From: a virus
Reading direction: 5' to 3' (one strand)
IMG/VR virus record: IMGVR_UViG_3300020811_000088
Location: 1-60,628 of that record
DNA length: 60,628 nt
Shown in pieces: positions 16,961 to 27,450 of this stretch (the first letter of the stretch is position 1; every line of letters begins with the position of its first letter). The notes beneath the pieces are model-generated. The model searched no databases. It was not told the DNA's origin and saw only the letters and a program-made list of their open reading frames with translations. Made by a program: the position numbers and the translations under genes.

Positions 16961-19185
16961 ATGGCATGGAATTGGGATGATGATGCGGGCGAGTACCTGT
17001 GGACCGACGAAGTTTATACCGGCAGCGGCGGCATTGATGACGGCGGCTTTAACCCAGCAGATTTGCCAGAGGCCAAAAAATCACTCTGGGTTCGGATATT
17101 TATTACCGGAACGCAGATGGTTCATATACCGGCACAAACACAGAGACTGGCGAATCTTTTGGTGTAACAGCCGGGCAAATGTCCAGCCTCATTACTCCGG
17201 AGAAACTCGGCAACGCCTCCATGGCCGACTTAAAAGGCGAGGCATACAAAGCCAAGCTGGAAGATCCGAATTGGGTAAACAGCATCAACAAGATGTTTGG
17301 TTCCAATTTAACCAAAAGTGATTTGCTAAAAATTGCAGCAGTGACCGGCGGTGGCATTGCCGGCCTAACCAGTTTGAACCAACCCAACATTAAGAAGGTT
17401 GGCTATCAAGGCACCATTCCAAAGATGACTGCTGTTCGTAATATGCAGACCGCTCCCGATCCAATGACTGGACGCCCAGGAGCTGGCGGCACGTTGTATG
17501 GCGGTGACGTGCAGTATTACGAAAAAGGCAAAGAGCCTGAACAAAGGTCTACGGGTCTTGATGATTCTAAGGTTGACCCTTTGGTGCAGGCTTACAAAAA
17601 AGAGGGGCCTGTAGCGCCTCCAACGCCCAAGGCGGCATTTGGTGGTAGCGGCTCTGGTCTTGGGTACAAAACCATTTCAGAAGCGGCGTTTGGCAAGAAG
17701 CCTGAAGCTGCCAAGCAAGCACAAACTCCTACTTTGCCTCCCGGCATGGGCGATACTCCAGTTCCAAATTGGACTGTACCTGCAGCAAAAACACCATGGG
17801 AAATTGCAATGGAAACAGGCCCACAGCAGCCACAAACTGCGCCGGCCGTGATGCCAAAAATCCCAGGCTCTAACCCCAAAGACTTTTTTGATTCACAAGG
17901 TAATCCTATGCAAGTTATGTATGCGCAAGGCGGGATTGCAGGCTTGGCCCATGGCGGTCGCTACCTGCAGGGCCCAACAGATGGCATGGCTGACAAGCTG
18001 CACACGTCTATCGACGGCAAGCAACCTGCGGCCCTGAGCCATGGTGAGTTTGTTATCCCTGCCGATGTCGTCTCTCACCTGGGCAATGGCAACTCTGATG
18101 CCGGCGCACAAAAGCTGTACAGCATGATGGACAAGATCCGCATGGCGCGCACCGGCACCAAGAAGCAAGGCAAGCACATCAACCCCGACAAGTTCATGCC
18201 CGGCGGCTTGGCTGCCGCGTATGCCGAGGGCGGTAGTGTGATGGGTTTTGCTGGCGAGTCCGGTAGCTACGTTCCTGCTGGCACCACTGGTGTTGACCAG
18301 ACCTTGGCTGGCTGGACCGGCGATTACATCCCCAACATGCTGGCCAAGACTGAGGCGCTGACAAATGCCCCGTATCAGCAGTACACCGGTCCATTGACCG
18401 CAGGTGAGTCTAGCTTGCAAACAAAGGCATTTGATACCGCCGGCAATTTGCAAACGCCTTCCAGCATTGGCACTGCCGCAGAAACTGCAGGCAACATTGC
18501 CAACCGTGCAAGTGAGTTGGGCTATACGCCACAAACAGCAGACTTCGGCACCGCAGATGCTCAGCGTTACATGAGCCCGTACCTGCAGGCTTCCTTGAAT
18601 CCTCAGTTGGAAGAGGCGCGTCGTCAGTCGCAAATCACTCAGCAGTTGAACAATGCTCAAATGACCAAGGCTGGCGCTTTTGGCGGCAGTGCAAGCGGCA
18701 TCATGAATCGCGAGACTCAGCGCAGCTTGGGTAGTAACCTGGCCAACATTACAGGTCAAGGCTATAACACGGCCTACAACAACGCGATGGCTCAGTTCAA
18801 CGCTGACCAGAACCGCAAGATGCAAGAGAACCAGTTCGGCGCCAACTACGCCAACACCGCTCTCAATACAGGCCTGGCTGCAGCAAATGCTCAAGGCAAT
18901 CTGGGCGTGGCCGAGAATCAAGTTGGCATCAACAACCTCAATGCTCAAGCCAATCTGGGCGCTCAGCAGCGCGGCATTACCAGTGAAGGTATCGCGGCTG
19001 ACAAGAAGCAGTTTGAAGAGGCTCGTGATAATCCATACAACCAACTCAAGTTCCAGCAATCCATGCTGAACGGGTTGCCAATCCAAGCCACCAACTACGA
19101 AACTGCGCAGCCTAGCACGCTCAGTCAAATTGCCAGCGGCGCTACAACTGTGGATAAAGCGCTCAGTACACTCGGCGTTAAATAA
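16961..19185 (+). CDS. Internal virion/ejection protein candidate, split by a 1-nt deficit in A6 run 17075..17080
   Basis: ...LPEAKK then frame -1 continues ITLGSDIYYRNADGSYTGTNTETGESFGVTAGQMSSLITPEK... (ORFs 16961..17167 and 17179..19185). Motifs YAQGGIAGLAHGG, SHGEFVIPADVVSHLGNGNSDAGAQKL. Confidence 0.55.
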
Positions 19186-19194
19186 GGATAAGTC

Positions 19195-20673
19195 ATGGAA
19201 AATATGGGCATTAACCAATTGGCGCAAATGTTTCTGGGTAATCCCCAGCCATTGCAGCAAAAGGTAGATAAGGCGCAGCAGCAAGCCAAGCCGGGTCAGA
19301 TTCCTCCTGACCTGGAAGAGGCAATGGCATTGCAAAAGATTCAAGAGATGCGCAACGCTGCTCAGAATCAGCAGGCCATGCAGGCTGGCGGCCCACAGCC
19401 CACGGTCGTTCAACAACTCAAGCAAGCTGTTGCCCCGCAACCTCAAGCAGCCCCACAAGGTATGCCACAAGGCATGCCGCAAGGTGGCCCGCAAGCTCAG
19501 CAGCCCATGCCTCAGCAGGCTCGCCCTGGTTTGCCACAACTGCCTTCAGAGCTTGGCCAACATTTGGCTGGCGGCGGCATCATTGCATTTGCCGGAGAAG
19601 AAGGTAGCTATGTTGATGAGCGGGACATCTTGCGCCGCATGGAGGCTGGCTACGATCCGGCCGTTACGGAACAATTAAATTCCGCCAATACTCGGCGCTC
19701 TGCCATGCCCGCAGAAGCATTGGCGGCCGCACGAGACCGCCTGTCTCAAGCTGTCCTAACCACCCCTGAGCAGCAGGAAAGAGAACGCTTGGCTCGATAT
19801 GAGCGCATGATTCCTGAGAGAGATACATCGGTCTACGACCGCGCAGCAGAAGAGTTGGAGCGCCGCAAGAAACAATTTGACGCGCCACAAACTGGCATGC
19901 CGGCATTGATGGAATGGCTGCAGCAAGTGGCCGTTGCCCCCAAGGGTGTGGGCAGCCTGACTGCTGGCGCCATGGGTGCTCAGAAAGCCAATGAGATGCA
20001 GAAAGAGCGCGAGCAGCAACAGTTTGAGTTGACCAAGCAAATCCTTGAGCAACAGCAGAAGAAGCTTGACGTGATTCGCGGTGACGCAGAGAAGAAGTTT
20101 GGTGTTGGTGACGCGGCCTATAACGCTATGTTCAAGCACAACTTTGAAGCCGCCAAGCAAATTACTCAGAATGACTTTGAGGCTGAGAAGCTGGCCAAGC
20201 AAATGACTGATAGGCAGTTGGATCGCGAGAACAACATTGCCTTGGAGAAGATGCGAGATGCTCGCCATGGTGCGCCTACGTTTGCAGATTCGCAGCAAGA
20301 GGCCATGATTAAAGATTACATGAAAAAGAATCCAGAAGCTTCGCGCTTGGATGCCATGACTGAAATCTATACGGCCAAGCAAGGCGCCACTCCAGAATTG
20401 AAGCGTGCTGCTTTAGTGGAAAGGCTGTCTGAGGCATGGGGCAAAAAATCCATGATTGATAAACAGGCTTTGGCTAATAAAGGTATTGGCGAAAAAGAAT
20501 GGATGGAACAGCAAATGAAGTTGATTGGCATTGACAAAGGCGGCGCTGATAATTCCGCCTCCTCTGGCAATACAATGACGATGGCTGATGTTCAAGCTAC
20601 TGCGGCAAGCAGCGGCAAAACGGTTGCAGAAGTAATGGCGGCGGCCAAAGCAAAAGGCATCGCTGTCAAATAA
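19195..20673 (+). CDS. Gln-rich coiled-coil internal virion protein candidate
   Basis: 492 aa; PQGMPQGMPQGGPQ repeats; LAGGGIIAFAGEEGSYV motif; position between other internal proteins. Confidence 0.45.
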   Translation: MENMGINQLAQMFLGNPQPLQQKVDKAQQQAKPGQIPPDLEEAMALQKIQEMRNAAQNQQAMQAGGPQPTVVQQLKQAVAPQPQAAPQGMPQGMPQGGPQAQQPMPQQARPGLPQLPSELGQHLAGGGIIAFAGEEGSYVDERDILRRMEAGYDPAVTEQLNSANTRRSAMPAEALAAARDRLSQAVLTTPEQQERERLARYERMIPERDTSVYDRAAEELERRKKQFDAPQTGMPALMEWLQQVAVAPKGVGSLTAGAMGAQKANEMQKEREQQQFELTKQILEQQQKKLDVIRGDAEKKFGVGDAAYNAMFKHNFEAAKQITQNDFEAEKLAKQMTDRQLDRENNIALEKMRDARHGAPTFADSQQEAMIKDYMKKNPEASRLDAMTEIYTAKQGATPELKRAALVERLSEAWGKKSMIDKQALANKGIGEKEWMEQQMKLIGIDKGGADNSASSGNTMTMADVQATAASSGKTVAEVMAAAKAKGIAVK

Positions 20674-20682
20674 GGAGCTAAT

Positions 20683-23600
20683 ATGGCTGGTCGCGATTTC
20701 AGTGCAGAGCTTTTTGGCTCTGAAGACAAACCTGCACAGGGGCGCGACTTCAGCGCACAGTTATTTGGCAAGCAAGAAGAGCCCGGTTTCTTTGGGCGTC
20801 TTGGTCCTGCAGTGTCGCGGGGTGTCAGTGAGCTTGGCGAAAGCGCGTCGGGCATTGGCCTTGGTTTAAAGTCTGCCTTTGGCGCCAATGAATCGGCCGG
20901 CAAGCAGGCAGAAGAAATTCGCAAAGAGCGAGCAATCCCCAGCAAAGAAGCCCCGGCAATTACATGGGATGAGCTGGAGAAAACATACGGCAAAGAAGGC
21001 GCAATCGAAGCACTGAAGAAGCTGCCGTCATACGTTGCTGAACAAGTCTTGCAAAGCGCTCCGAGCATGGCGGTTCCTTTGGCTGCAAGCGCGGCCGCTG
21101 GCGCCGTCTCTGGCCCGCTTGCCCCCATTGCTGCGCCATTGGCTGGTATTGGCACATACGGCTTACAACAGTTTGGCCAGTTCATGCAACGCCAAGCGCA
21201 AGAAGGCGCTACCGGAGAAACTCTGGCGCCCGGCAAAGCTGCTGCAACGGCTGCTTTGACTGCGCCTATCGGGTACTTTGCCGACAAATTGATGTTGGGC
21301 ATGGGCAAGATCCCAGAAAAAGTTCTGGGTGAGCAGATCGCTAAAGAATTAGCTAAGCGTACTGGCGCCACTATGGCTGGCCGTGTTGCAACCGGTGCGA
21401 CCATTGGCGTGATTGCCGAAGCTCCTACTGAAGTATTGGAACAAGCTGGTGAGCGCTGGCAAGCCGGCCTTCCATTGATGGATGAGGCCGCCAAGAAAGA
21501 ATACAAGGAAGCATTCTTTGGCGCCGCTGCTGTTGGCGGTTTGGGTGGAGGCGCATCTCGTGCCATGGCCAAGCCTCAGGCGGCTGCCCCTGCGCCTACT
21601 GCAGACCAAACTACTGCCGCTCCTGTTGAGCCTACCGAGACTCCAATACAGAAGCAAATCGCAGAAAAAACTGGCATTACTGAAGCTCCGTCTGCTACTC
21701 CATCTATGCTGACTTCCGAAGAAGCGGCGGGCCAACGCATCCCAATGCTGCAGGCCAAGATTGAAGAAGACATGGCAGCTCAAGAAGAGCGCGCTCGTCG
21801 GGAAGGGCCTCGTCCTGTCGTGCCTGAAGTTGCACCAACAGAGACCAGCCGCTTTGACACCGAGCAGCCTGCAGTTACTTCGCGTGAAGATCTGTTGGCA
21901 AAACAAGCAGAGATTGATCGCATGCGTTTGGAGGCCGGCCTGCCCACAGGTGAGTCCTCTGCGACACCCGGCGTTCAGCCTGAAGCAAAAGCTCCAGAAG
22001 AAGTGCTGGCTCCCAAGATTGTGGACAACCGCCCACTGGAAGCAGGGGCTGCAAAGAACCGTTTGATGGTCATGCAGAACATGCTGAAGAACCAAGGCGG
22101 CGACCCAGCCAGCTTGGCCATTGTTCCTCACCCTACGGCCGAAGGGCGTTTTGCCATCCAGTCACTGGATGTGCCAGCTCGCTTTACGCCTGAGATGCAG
22201 GGCAACAAAAATGAGACCGGCCGCGTGCGCGAGACTACAGTCACTCGCATGGATGAGACAGGCAAGCCATTCACCGAGACAACTGAGACGCCTGCCGGTC
22301 CCGGCATTGAGATTGATCCGATCAAAACGTACATCGACATTGCTCGCCGTACCAACACGCCCGCTTCGATGCGCCTTGTCCGCGACTTTGAGTCTGGGCT
22401 GGTTACTCGTGATGATGTGCAGGCAGCCATTGATGCTGAGCAAAAGGCCGGCCGCCCACTGCCATTGAACTACACCGTTGCCGGTGAGCCTTGGTTCTTG
22501 GCGCCTGATATGGGCAAGCCACGCGGTGAGCGAGAGTTACCACCTTCTTCGCGATTGACTCGGGAAATTCCTCAAGGTCCACGTCGCCCCGGAGAGGAAC
22601 CCCCTCCAGAAACTCCGCCGCCAGAAACCCCTCCTCCAGAGGGAGAGCCGCCACAGCCTACTGGAACTACGCCTCAAACATTGGATGAGTTCAAGCAGCG
22701 GTTCCCGATTGATGCGGATCAGCCACAAATTCGTGAGGCCCACAATGCGGGCAACTTCAGATTGTTGGCTGACCAAATGGCGGCCAGTAAGAATCCTGCT
22801 GTCAAGCGCATTGGTGAATTGTCTCGTGCGATTGCAGGCAAGGTGAAGCTGTTGCCTCCGGGTAAACAAAGCCCCGGTGTGCTGGGTCGGTATCGTTATA
22901 TCGACGACTCAATTCAAATGGCGCCCAAAGCTGCGGGCAGTGAGTGGGTCAGCGCGCACGAGTCCGTGCATGCATTGATTGCATTGGCTCAGCGCACTCC
23001 GACCAAGCGGCAAGAGCCTATTGTTGAGGACATCAGCAGGCTGTTTGCGCACGTTAAACGAGAGCTGAACCGTCAAGGCAAGGGCTGGGGCAAGAAGTAT
23101 TCTCAGCAAGTGTATGGTTTGGCCAACGAGCTGGAGTTCACAGCGGAAGCAATGAGCAACCCTGAGTTTCAGTACATGCTCATGCAAATCCCATACTCAG
23201 GCAAGCGTAGCGCATGGACCGAGTTCACGCGCTTGGTGGCCGATCTGCTGGGCATCAAGAACACCAACGCATTGACCGAGGTGATGAACCTGACTGACAA
23301 GCTGGCTCAGACTCCACGTCCAAAGTACGTGTTCAGCCGCAACCTGACATCAGAGACGGCAACAGCGGAAGGCGTAACGCCTCAAGAGCGCGACACCAAC
23401 TTCAAACGCTGGTTTGGAAACAGCAAAATTGTTGATGAGCAAGGCAAACCATTGCGGGTTTACCACGGCACCAAGCGTGACTTCAAAGAGTTCAAGACCA
23501 GCTACGGAGATGGTTTATTTTTCTTTTCCACCAATCCAGAATTTGCCAGTAAATGGCCATCTGGAACTGGCGGGTTACGTCAAATTTCAGAAGACAACGC

Positions 23601-23868
23601 CAAGGAATATGAAAAAATCCGTGCGCTTGAAAAAGAGCTTGGCGCCAAATACATGAACAAAGACTATGACTTTGATTCAGAACAAGGTGTTGCTGAGTAC
23701 GATGCGGATCGCCAAGCAGTCAGAGATGAGTTGAAAAACAAACTGGTTACGCCAACTCTACAGACTATGAAAATAAAGCCGGCATTCGCGTCATGCCTGT
23801 GTACTTGTCAATTCAAAAGCCATTTGACCCGCGCACTGACTACAAAAAATCGAGCCTTTGTTGCGTGA
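20683..23868 (+). CDS. N-terminal part of a polyvalent giant virion protein of about 2,079 aa (HExxH metallopeptidase-like and ART-like domains)
   Basis: AHESVHAL (22957..22971) with ELEFTAEAMSNPEFQYML; FKRWFGNSKIVDEQGKPLRVYHGTKRDFKEF (YHGT at 23461..23472); last ~40 codons are out of frame. Confidence 0.6.
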   Translation: MAGRDFSAELFGSEDKPAQGRDFSAQLFGKQEEPGFFGRLGPAVSRGVSELGESASGIGLGLKSAFGANESAGKQAEEIRKERAIPSKEAPAITWDELEKTYGKEGAIEALKKLPSYVAEQVLQSAPSMAVPLAASAAAGAVSGPLAPIAAPLAGIGTYGLQQFGQFMQRQAQEGATGETLAPGKAAATAALTAPIGYFADKLMLGMGKIPEKVLGEQIAKELAKRTGATMAGRVATGATIGVIAEAPTEVLEQAGERWQAGLPLMDEAAKKEYKEAFFGAAAVGGLGGGASRAMAKPQAAAPAPTADQTTAAPVEPTETPIQKQIAEKTGITEAPSATPSMLTSEEAAGQRIPMLQAKIEEDMAAQEERARREGPRPVVPEVAPTETSRFDTEQPAVTSREDLLAKQAEIDRMRLEAGLPTGESSATPGVQPEAKAPEEVLAPKIVDNRPLEAGAAKNRLMVMQNMLKNQGGDPASLAIVPHPTAEGRFAIQSLDVPARFTPEMQGNKNETGRVRETTVTRMDETGKPFTETTETPAGPGIEIDPIKTYIDIARRTNTPASMRLVRDFESGLVTRDDVQAAIDAEQKAGRPLPLNYTVAGEPWFLAPDMGKPRGERELPPSSRLTREIPQGPRRPGEEPPPETPPPETPPPEGEPPQPTGTTPQTLDEFKQRFPIDADQPQIREAHNAGNFRLLADQMAASKNPAVKRIGELSRAIAGKVKLLPPGKQSPGVLGRYRYIDDSIQMAPKAAGSEWVSAHESVHALIALAQRTPTKRQEPIVEDISRLFAHVKRELNRQGKGWGKKYSQQVYGLANELEFTAEAMSNPEFQYMLMQIPYSGKRSAWTEFTRLVADLLGIKNTNALTEVMNLTDKLAQTPRPKYVFSRNLTSETATAEGVTPQERDTNFKRWFGNSKIVDEQGKPLRVYHGTKRDFKEFKTSYGDGLFFFSTNPEFASKWPSGTGGLRQISEDNAKEYEKIRALEKELGAKYMNKDYDFDSEQGVAEYDADRQAVRDELKNKLVTPTLQTMKIKPAFASCLCTCQFKSHLTRALTTKNRAFVA

Positions 23869-26800
23869 ACAAGGCAAGCAAAACTTGATTGATGGCGATT
23901 ATCATAAGTCTGGCAATTGGTTGGTGTATGAAAACAAAGATGTCATTGCCGAGCTGAAGCGGCTGGGATATGACGGCATTTGGCTGGCTGAAAATATCGG
24001 CGGCCCACACGAAACCATTGCTCCTTTTTCCAACACGCAAATTAAATCTGCAACCGGAAACCGTGGCACATATAGCCCTGACGTCCCTGACGTTGAAGAG
24101 TTGTCCATGCCATCGTTTGGCAAGAAGCCAACGCCTCCTACGCCCACCAACATTGGCAAGCAAGCCATGGACATCGTGGGTGAAACAGGCATGGCCGCAG
24201 CGCCGCCTCCATTGACTCGTGCGCAAGTGGCACAACAAGTCATCGCCAAAGTCAAAGAAGACCCAGCCCTTACCGCTCAGACGGCCAAGGCCGCACTGAC
24301 TCGGGCGCTGGATAAGTTTGAGACGTCTATGTTCTCGGGTGATGCAGCGTTCAACAATGAGATCCGCCGCAACCTCATGAAAGACTTTCAGGACAATCCT
24401 GAAGTTATGGGCATGCTGTTGGAAGCCAGCCAATCACAGACCGTTCACTCGGATGCTTTGGCCACGCAGTTCATTGTGGATGGCGGCATTGCCTTCGACA
24501 AAGAAACCAACAAGTGGGTGTCGGTCAAGAAGGAAGATAACTTCATCAAGTTGGCCAAAGGCATTGAGGATTTGCAGGCAAAGTACAACCTGAGCAAAGA
24601 AGACGCTGAACGCATCGCGCATACGTACTTCGTGGCCAAGCGGTTCAAATCGCTGGAGCAAAAGCAAACAATGCGCGACGCTGAAATTTCTCAGCTTGAG
24701 GACCGCATCAAGAAGGAGCAGAACAACTCCAAGCTGACGCCTTCTCAGCGCGAGTCGATCGTCAAAGGCTTGCGCTCTGACATTAAAAAGCTGGAAGCGG
24801 CCGAGGTCTACATCTCTGACGAGCAGCGCGCCATGATTAAGCCCGGCATGAGCTTGGGCTCATTGATGCCTGAGCTGGAGAAGATCAGCGACACATGGCA
24901 GGGCATCCGCACCAACGCGGTCAAAGCCATGGTGGATGGCGGCCTGTGGAACATGGAGACGGCCGAAGCAATGCTCAACAACATCGACTACGTTCCCTTC
25001 TACCGCGAAGATCAACTTGCCGAAGGCCAAGGCCCGCAGGAGTTCATTAAGGGCTTGGAGGTCAAGGCCAAAGAGTACAAGCTCAAGGGCTCCAACTCTG
25101 CCGTCAACGATGTGTTTGACAACATGGTGCGCTGGACACAGTACGCCATCAACCGCTCCGTGCGTAACCACAAGGCGATGCAAATGGTTGACCTTGCCAC
25201 CGAGATCAATGTCGGCGACGAGAAGATGGCCAAGAAGGTTGAAGAGATGGACAAGGACAAGAACATTGTTCGCGTCTTCCGTGATGGCGTGCAAGAGTTG
25301 TACGAAGTGGCCGACCCGTTGTACATGGATGCGTTCACCGCCATCAGCAACGTTGCCATGCCCAACATCAAGTTCTTCTCGTTCATGGCTGACTTGTTGC
25401 GCAAGACTGTGGTGTTGAACCCATTGTTCTCGTTGGCTCAGGTTCCGTCTGACGCCTACTCTGCGATGTTCACGTCCGGCTTGAAAGCGCCTTACGCCCT
25501 GAGCATTCCCGTGCGCGCCGTCAAAGAGTTCGTGATGACAATGAACAAGACAAGCGCCACTCACAACTTGTTGAGGCAGTACGGCGCCACTGGTGTGCGT
25601 GACTTCAATGCAACGATTGCTCGCCAAGACGTTGAGATTGCTGCCGGCCTGAAGGCGCCAAAGGATCTGAAGGGCAAGGTCATGGAAGGCTTGAGCCACA
25701 TCGCCATGGCTGCTGATAACGCAGTGCGTCAGGCTGTGTACGAAGCCTCTATGGCTCAAGGCTTGTCCAAGTCCGAGGCAATCGAGAAGGCGTTTGAGAT
25801 CATCAACTTCCGTCGTCGCGGCACGAACAAGACTGTCAACGTGCTTGGCCAGACTGTGCCGTTCTTCTACGCCTACATGAGCGTACAGCGTGTGGCCATG
25901 AAGACCTTGAGTGGCACAGGCATCTCTCCGCAAGCACGTGGCGAGGCGCTGAAAACACTGGCTTACACATCGACCGCAGTGATGGCCTTGTCCATGCTGT
26001 ACTCAATGGCCAACGGTGGTGATGACGAGTACGAGAAGACGCCTGTCGCTGTGCGTGACCGCACTCTGCATGTGCCCGGCACCGTTCTTCGCATTCCTTT
26101 GCGCCCTGATTTCTTCTTGTTCCCAAAGATTGTGGCTGAGCATTTGTATCACCTGATTACCGACAAGGGTTTGTCTGATGGCGCAAAGTTCCGCAAGTCA
26201 ATGGGCGAGAACTTGGCCAACTCAGTGCTCAGTCCTCAGCCAATTCCACAAGCGATCAAGCCTCTTGTCGAAGTCACAATCAATCACGACTTCTTCCAAG
26301 GCCGTCCAATCATTGGGCCGTTCGAGCAGAAGAAGGAAGCAGAGCGCCAGTTCAACGACAACACTTCGGAGTTGTCCAAAACTATTGGCGGCGGACTTGG
26401 CATTTCACCAATCATGATGGATCACGTTATCCGTGGGATGTTTGGATCTTTAGGTGGCCTGACGATGTACGCCTCCAACTTCATGCTGCACAGCGATCCA
26501 AACGTGGAGCGCCCAAGCTTGTCGTTCCGTGATGCCATGGCTGGCTTGCCGGGCACCAGTGGATTCGTTACGCGCGCCAACGAGTCTCGTTTGAAGAATG
26601 ACTTCTACGAGCTGCGTGACGTGGTCGAGAAGGCAAACGCTACCTTCAAGGACATTGAGAAGCGCAGCCCTGAAGGCGTTGCAGACTTCCTCAAAGACGA
26701 GAAGAACATGATGCGTTTGGGCTTGGTGAAAGACGTGGACAGCATTACTCGTGAACTGTCCAGCATTCGCAATACCATCGCGCAGATCAGCAATGCACCC

Positions 26801-26917
26801 AAGGGCGTCTTCACAGGCAACCAAAAGGAAGATGCAATCAAAGATTTGCGCAAAATGGAAGGCGACATGATGAAGTCGATTCCGATCTCAGAGATGCGCA
26901 AACTTGCAAAAATGTAA
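23858..26917 (+). CDS. C-terminal part of the same giant virion protein
   Basis: Continues the split domain: ...LGYDGIWLAENIGGPHETIAPFSNTQIKSATGNRGTY. Joined to 20683.. through frame 0 (23730..23850) by two 1-nt corrections. Confidence 0.6.
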   Translation: MLREQGKQNLIDGDYHKSGNWLVYENKDVIAELKRLGYDGIWLAENIGGPHETIAPFSNTQIKSATGNRGTYSPDVPDVEELSMPSFGKKPTPPTPTNIGKQAMDIVGETGMAAAPPPLTRAQVAQQVIAKVKEDPALTAQTAKAALTRALDKFETSMFSGDAAFNNEIRRNLMKDFQDNPEVMGMLLEASQSQTVHSDALATQFIVDGGIAFDKETNKWVSVKKEDNFIKLAKGIEDLQAKYNLSKEDAERIAHTYFVAKRFKSLEQKQTMRDAEISQLEDRIKKEQNNSKLTPSQRESIVKGLRSDIKKLEAAEVYISDEQRAMIKPGMSLGSLMPELEKISDTWQGIRTNAVKAMVDGGLWNMETAEAMLNNIDYVPFYREDQLAEGQGPQEFIKGLEVKAKEYKLKGSNSAVNDVFDNMVRWTQYAINRSVRNHKAMQMVDLATEINVGDEKMAKKVEEMDKDKNIVRVFRDGVQELYEVADPLYMDAFTAISNVAMPNIKFFSFMADLLRKTVVLNPLFSLAQVPSDAYSAMFTSGLKAPYALSIPVRAVKEFVMTMNKTSATHNLLRQYGATGVRDFNATIARQDVEIAAGLKAPKDLKGKVMEGLSHIAMAADNAVRQAVYEASMAQGLSKSEAIEKAFEIINFRRRGTNKTVNVLGQTVPFFYAYMSVQRVAMKTLSGTGISPQARGEALKTLAYTSTAVMALSMLYSMANGGDDEYEKTPVAVRDRTLHVPGTVLRIPLRPDFFLFPKIVAEHLYHLITDKGLSDGAKFRKSMGENLANSVLSPQPIPQAIKPLVEVTINHDFFQGRPIIGPFEQKKEAERQFNDNTSELSKTIGGGLGISPIMMDHVIRGMFGSLGGLTMYASNFMLHSDPNVERPSLSFRDAMAGLPGTSGFVTRANESRLKNDFYELRDVVEKANATFKDIEKRSPEGVADFLKDEKNMMRLGLVKDVDSITRELSSIRNTIAQISNAPKGVFTGNQKEDAIKDLRKMEGDMMKSIPISEMRKLAKM

Positions 26918-26929
26918 ACTAAAGGAAGC

Positions 26930-26955
26930 CGGCGACTTATTTGTGTAAGTCGCCG
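26930..26955. promoter_or_regulatory. Copy 1 of a conserved palindromic hairpin (GCGACTTA-TTTGTG-TAAGTCGC) between convergent operons
   Basis: 10-bp stem CGGCGACTTA/TAAGTCGCCG. The same 22-nt core occurs at 43265..43286 and, reverse-complemented, at 52018..52039. Confidence 0.7.
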
Positions 26956-26960
26956 TGTCC

Positions 26961-27245
26961 CTAAAGTATGCAATTTTCATTGAGCAGGATTTCAATGGTC
27001 CTGTTTAAGGCTGCCAGTTCATCCATCTTTTTGACGGACCACATGCGCTTTTGCCCGTGGATTCCGTTGAGGCTGCCACGATGGCAATCAGGGCACAGTG
27101 GCATTGAGGTGAACCACTGGCCTTGATTGATCTCATGGCACTCGCTGGGCCCGGAGGCTTCGCACACCACACAGTCCATTGCTTTGATCCGTGCGATGTG
27201 CAAACGCTCTGACGACGTTGGAGCTTTTTTGTTTTTACTCTGCAT
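26961..27245 (-). CDS. HNH-type nuclease, Ref/DUF968-like
   Basis: CVVCEASGPSECHEINQG...SMPLCPDCHRGSLNGIHG. Confidence 0.5.
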   Translation of the reverse strand: MQSKNKKAPTSSERLHIARIKAMDCVVCEASGPSECHEINQGQWFTSMPLCPDCHRGSLNGIHGQKRMWSVKKMDELAALNRTIEILLNENCIL

Positions 27246-27246
27246 A

Positions 27247-27450
27247 TCAAATGCGGTGAGCCCGCTCCGCCATCATTAGCTCGGCCCGGTCAAAGGCCAT
27301 ACTGACTGCCGCCGTGTTGGATGCTTCGTTGCCAATGCCCATGAGGGCAAAGGCTGCGTACCAGTCCAGCATCGTGATCTCTTGGATTGATGGCTGCTTG
27401 TCTTTCGCCACCAGCTCCTCAATCCCTTCAGGCTTTTTTGGTCTTGCCAT
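27247..27450 (-). CDS. Hypothetical small protein
   Basis: ORF; overlaps the 3' end of the RHH gene. Confidence 0.45.
   Translation of the reverse strand: MARPKKPEGIEELVAKDKQPSIQEITMLDWYAAFALMGIGNEASNTAAVSMAFDRAELMMAERAHRI

Noticed and set aside
17893-19539. Very long antisense ORFs opposite real genes. Examples are 17893..19539 (548 aa), 6026..7120 (364 aa), 24860..25933 (357 aa), 1279..2274 (331 aa), 20592..21572 (326 aa) and 59149..59808 (219 aa).
   Set aside because: These are shadow ORFs of GC-biased, stop-poor coding regions. Their translations are Arg/Leu/Cys/His-rich and unlike proteins, they lack RBSs, and the opposite strand carries clearly recognisable proteins.
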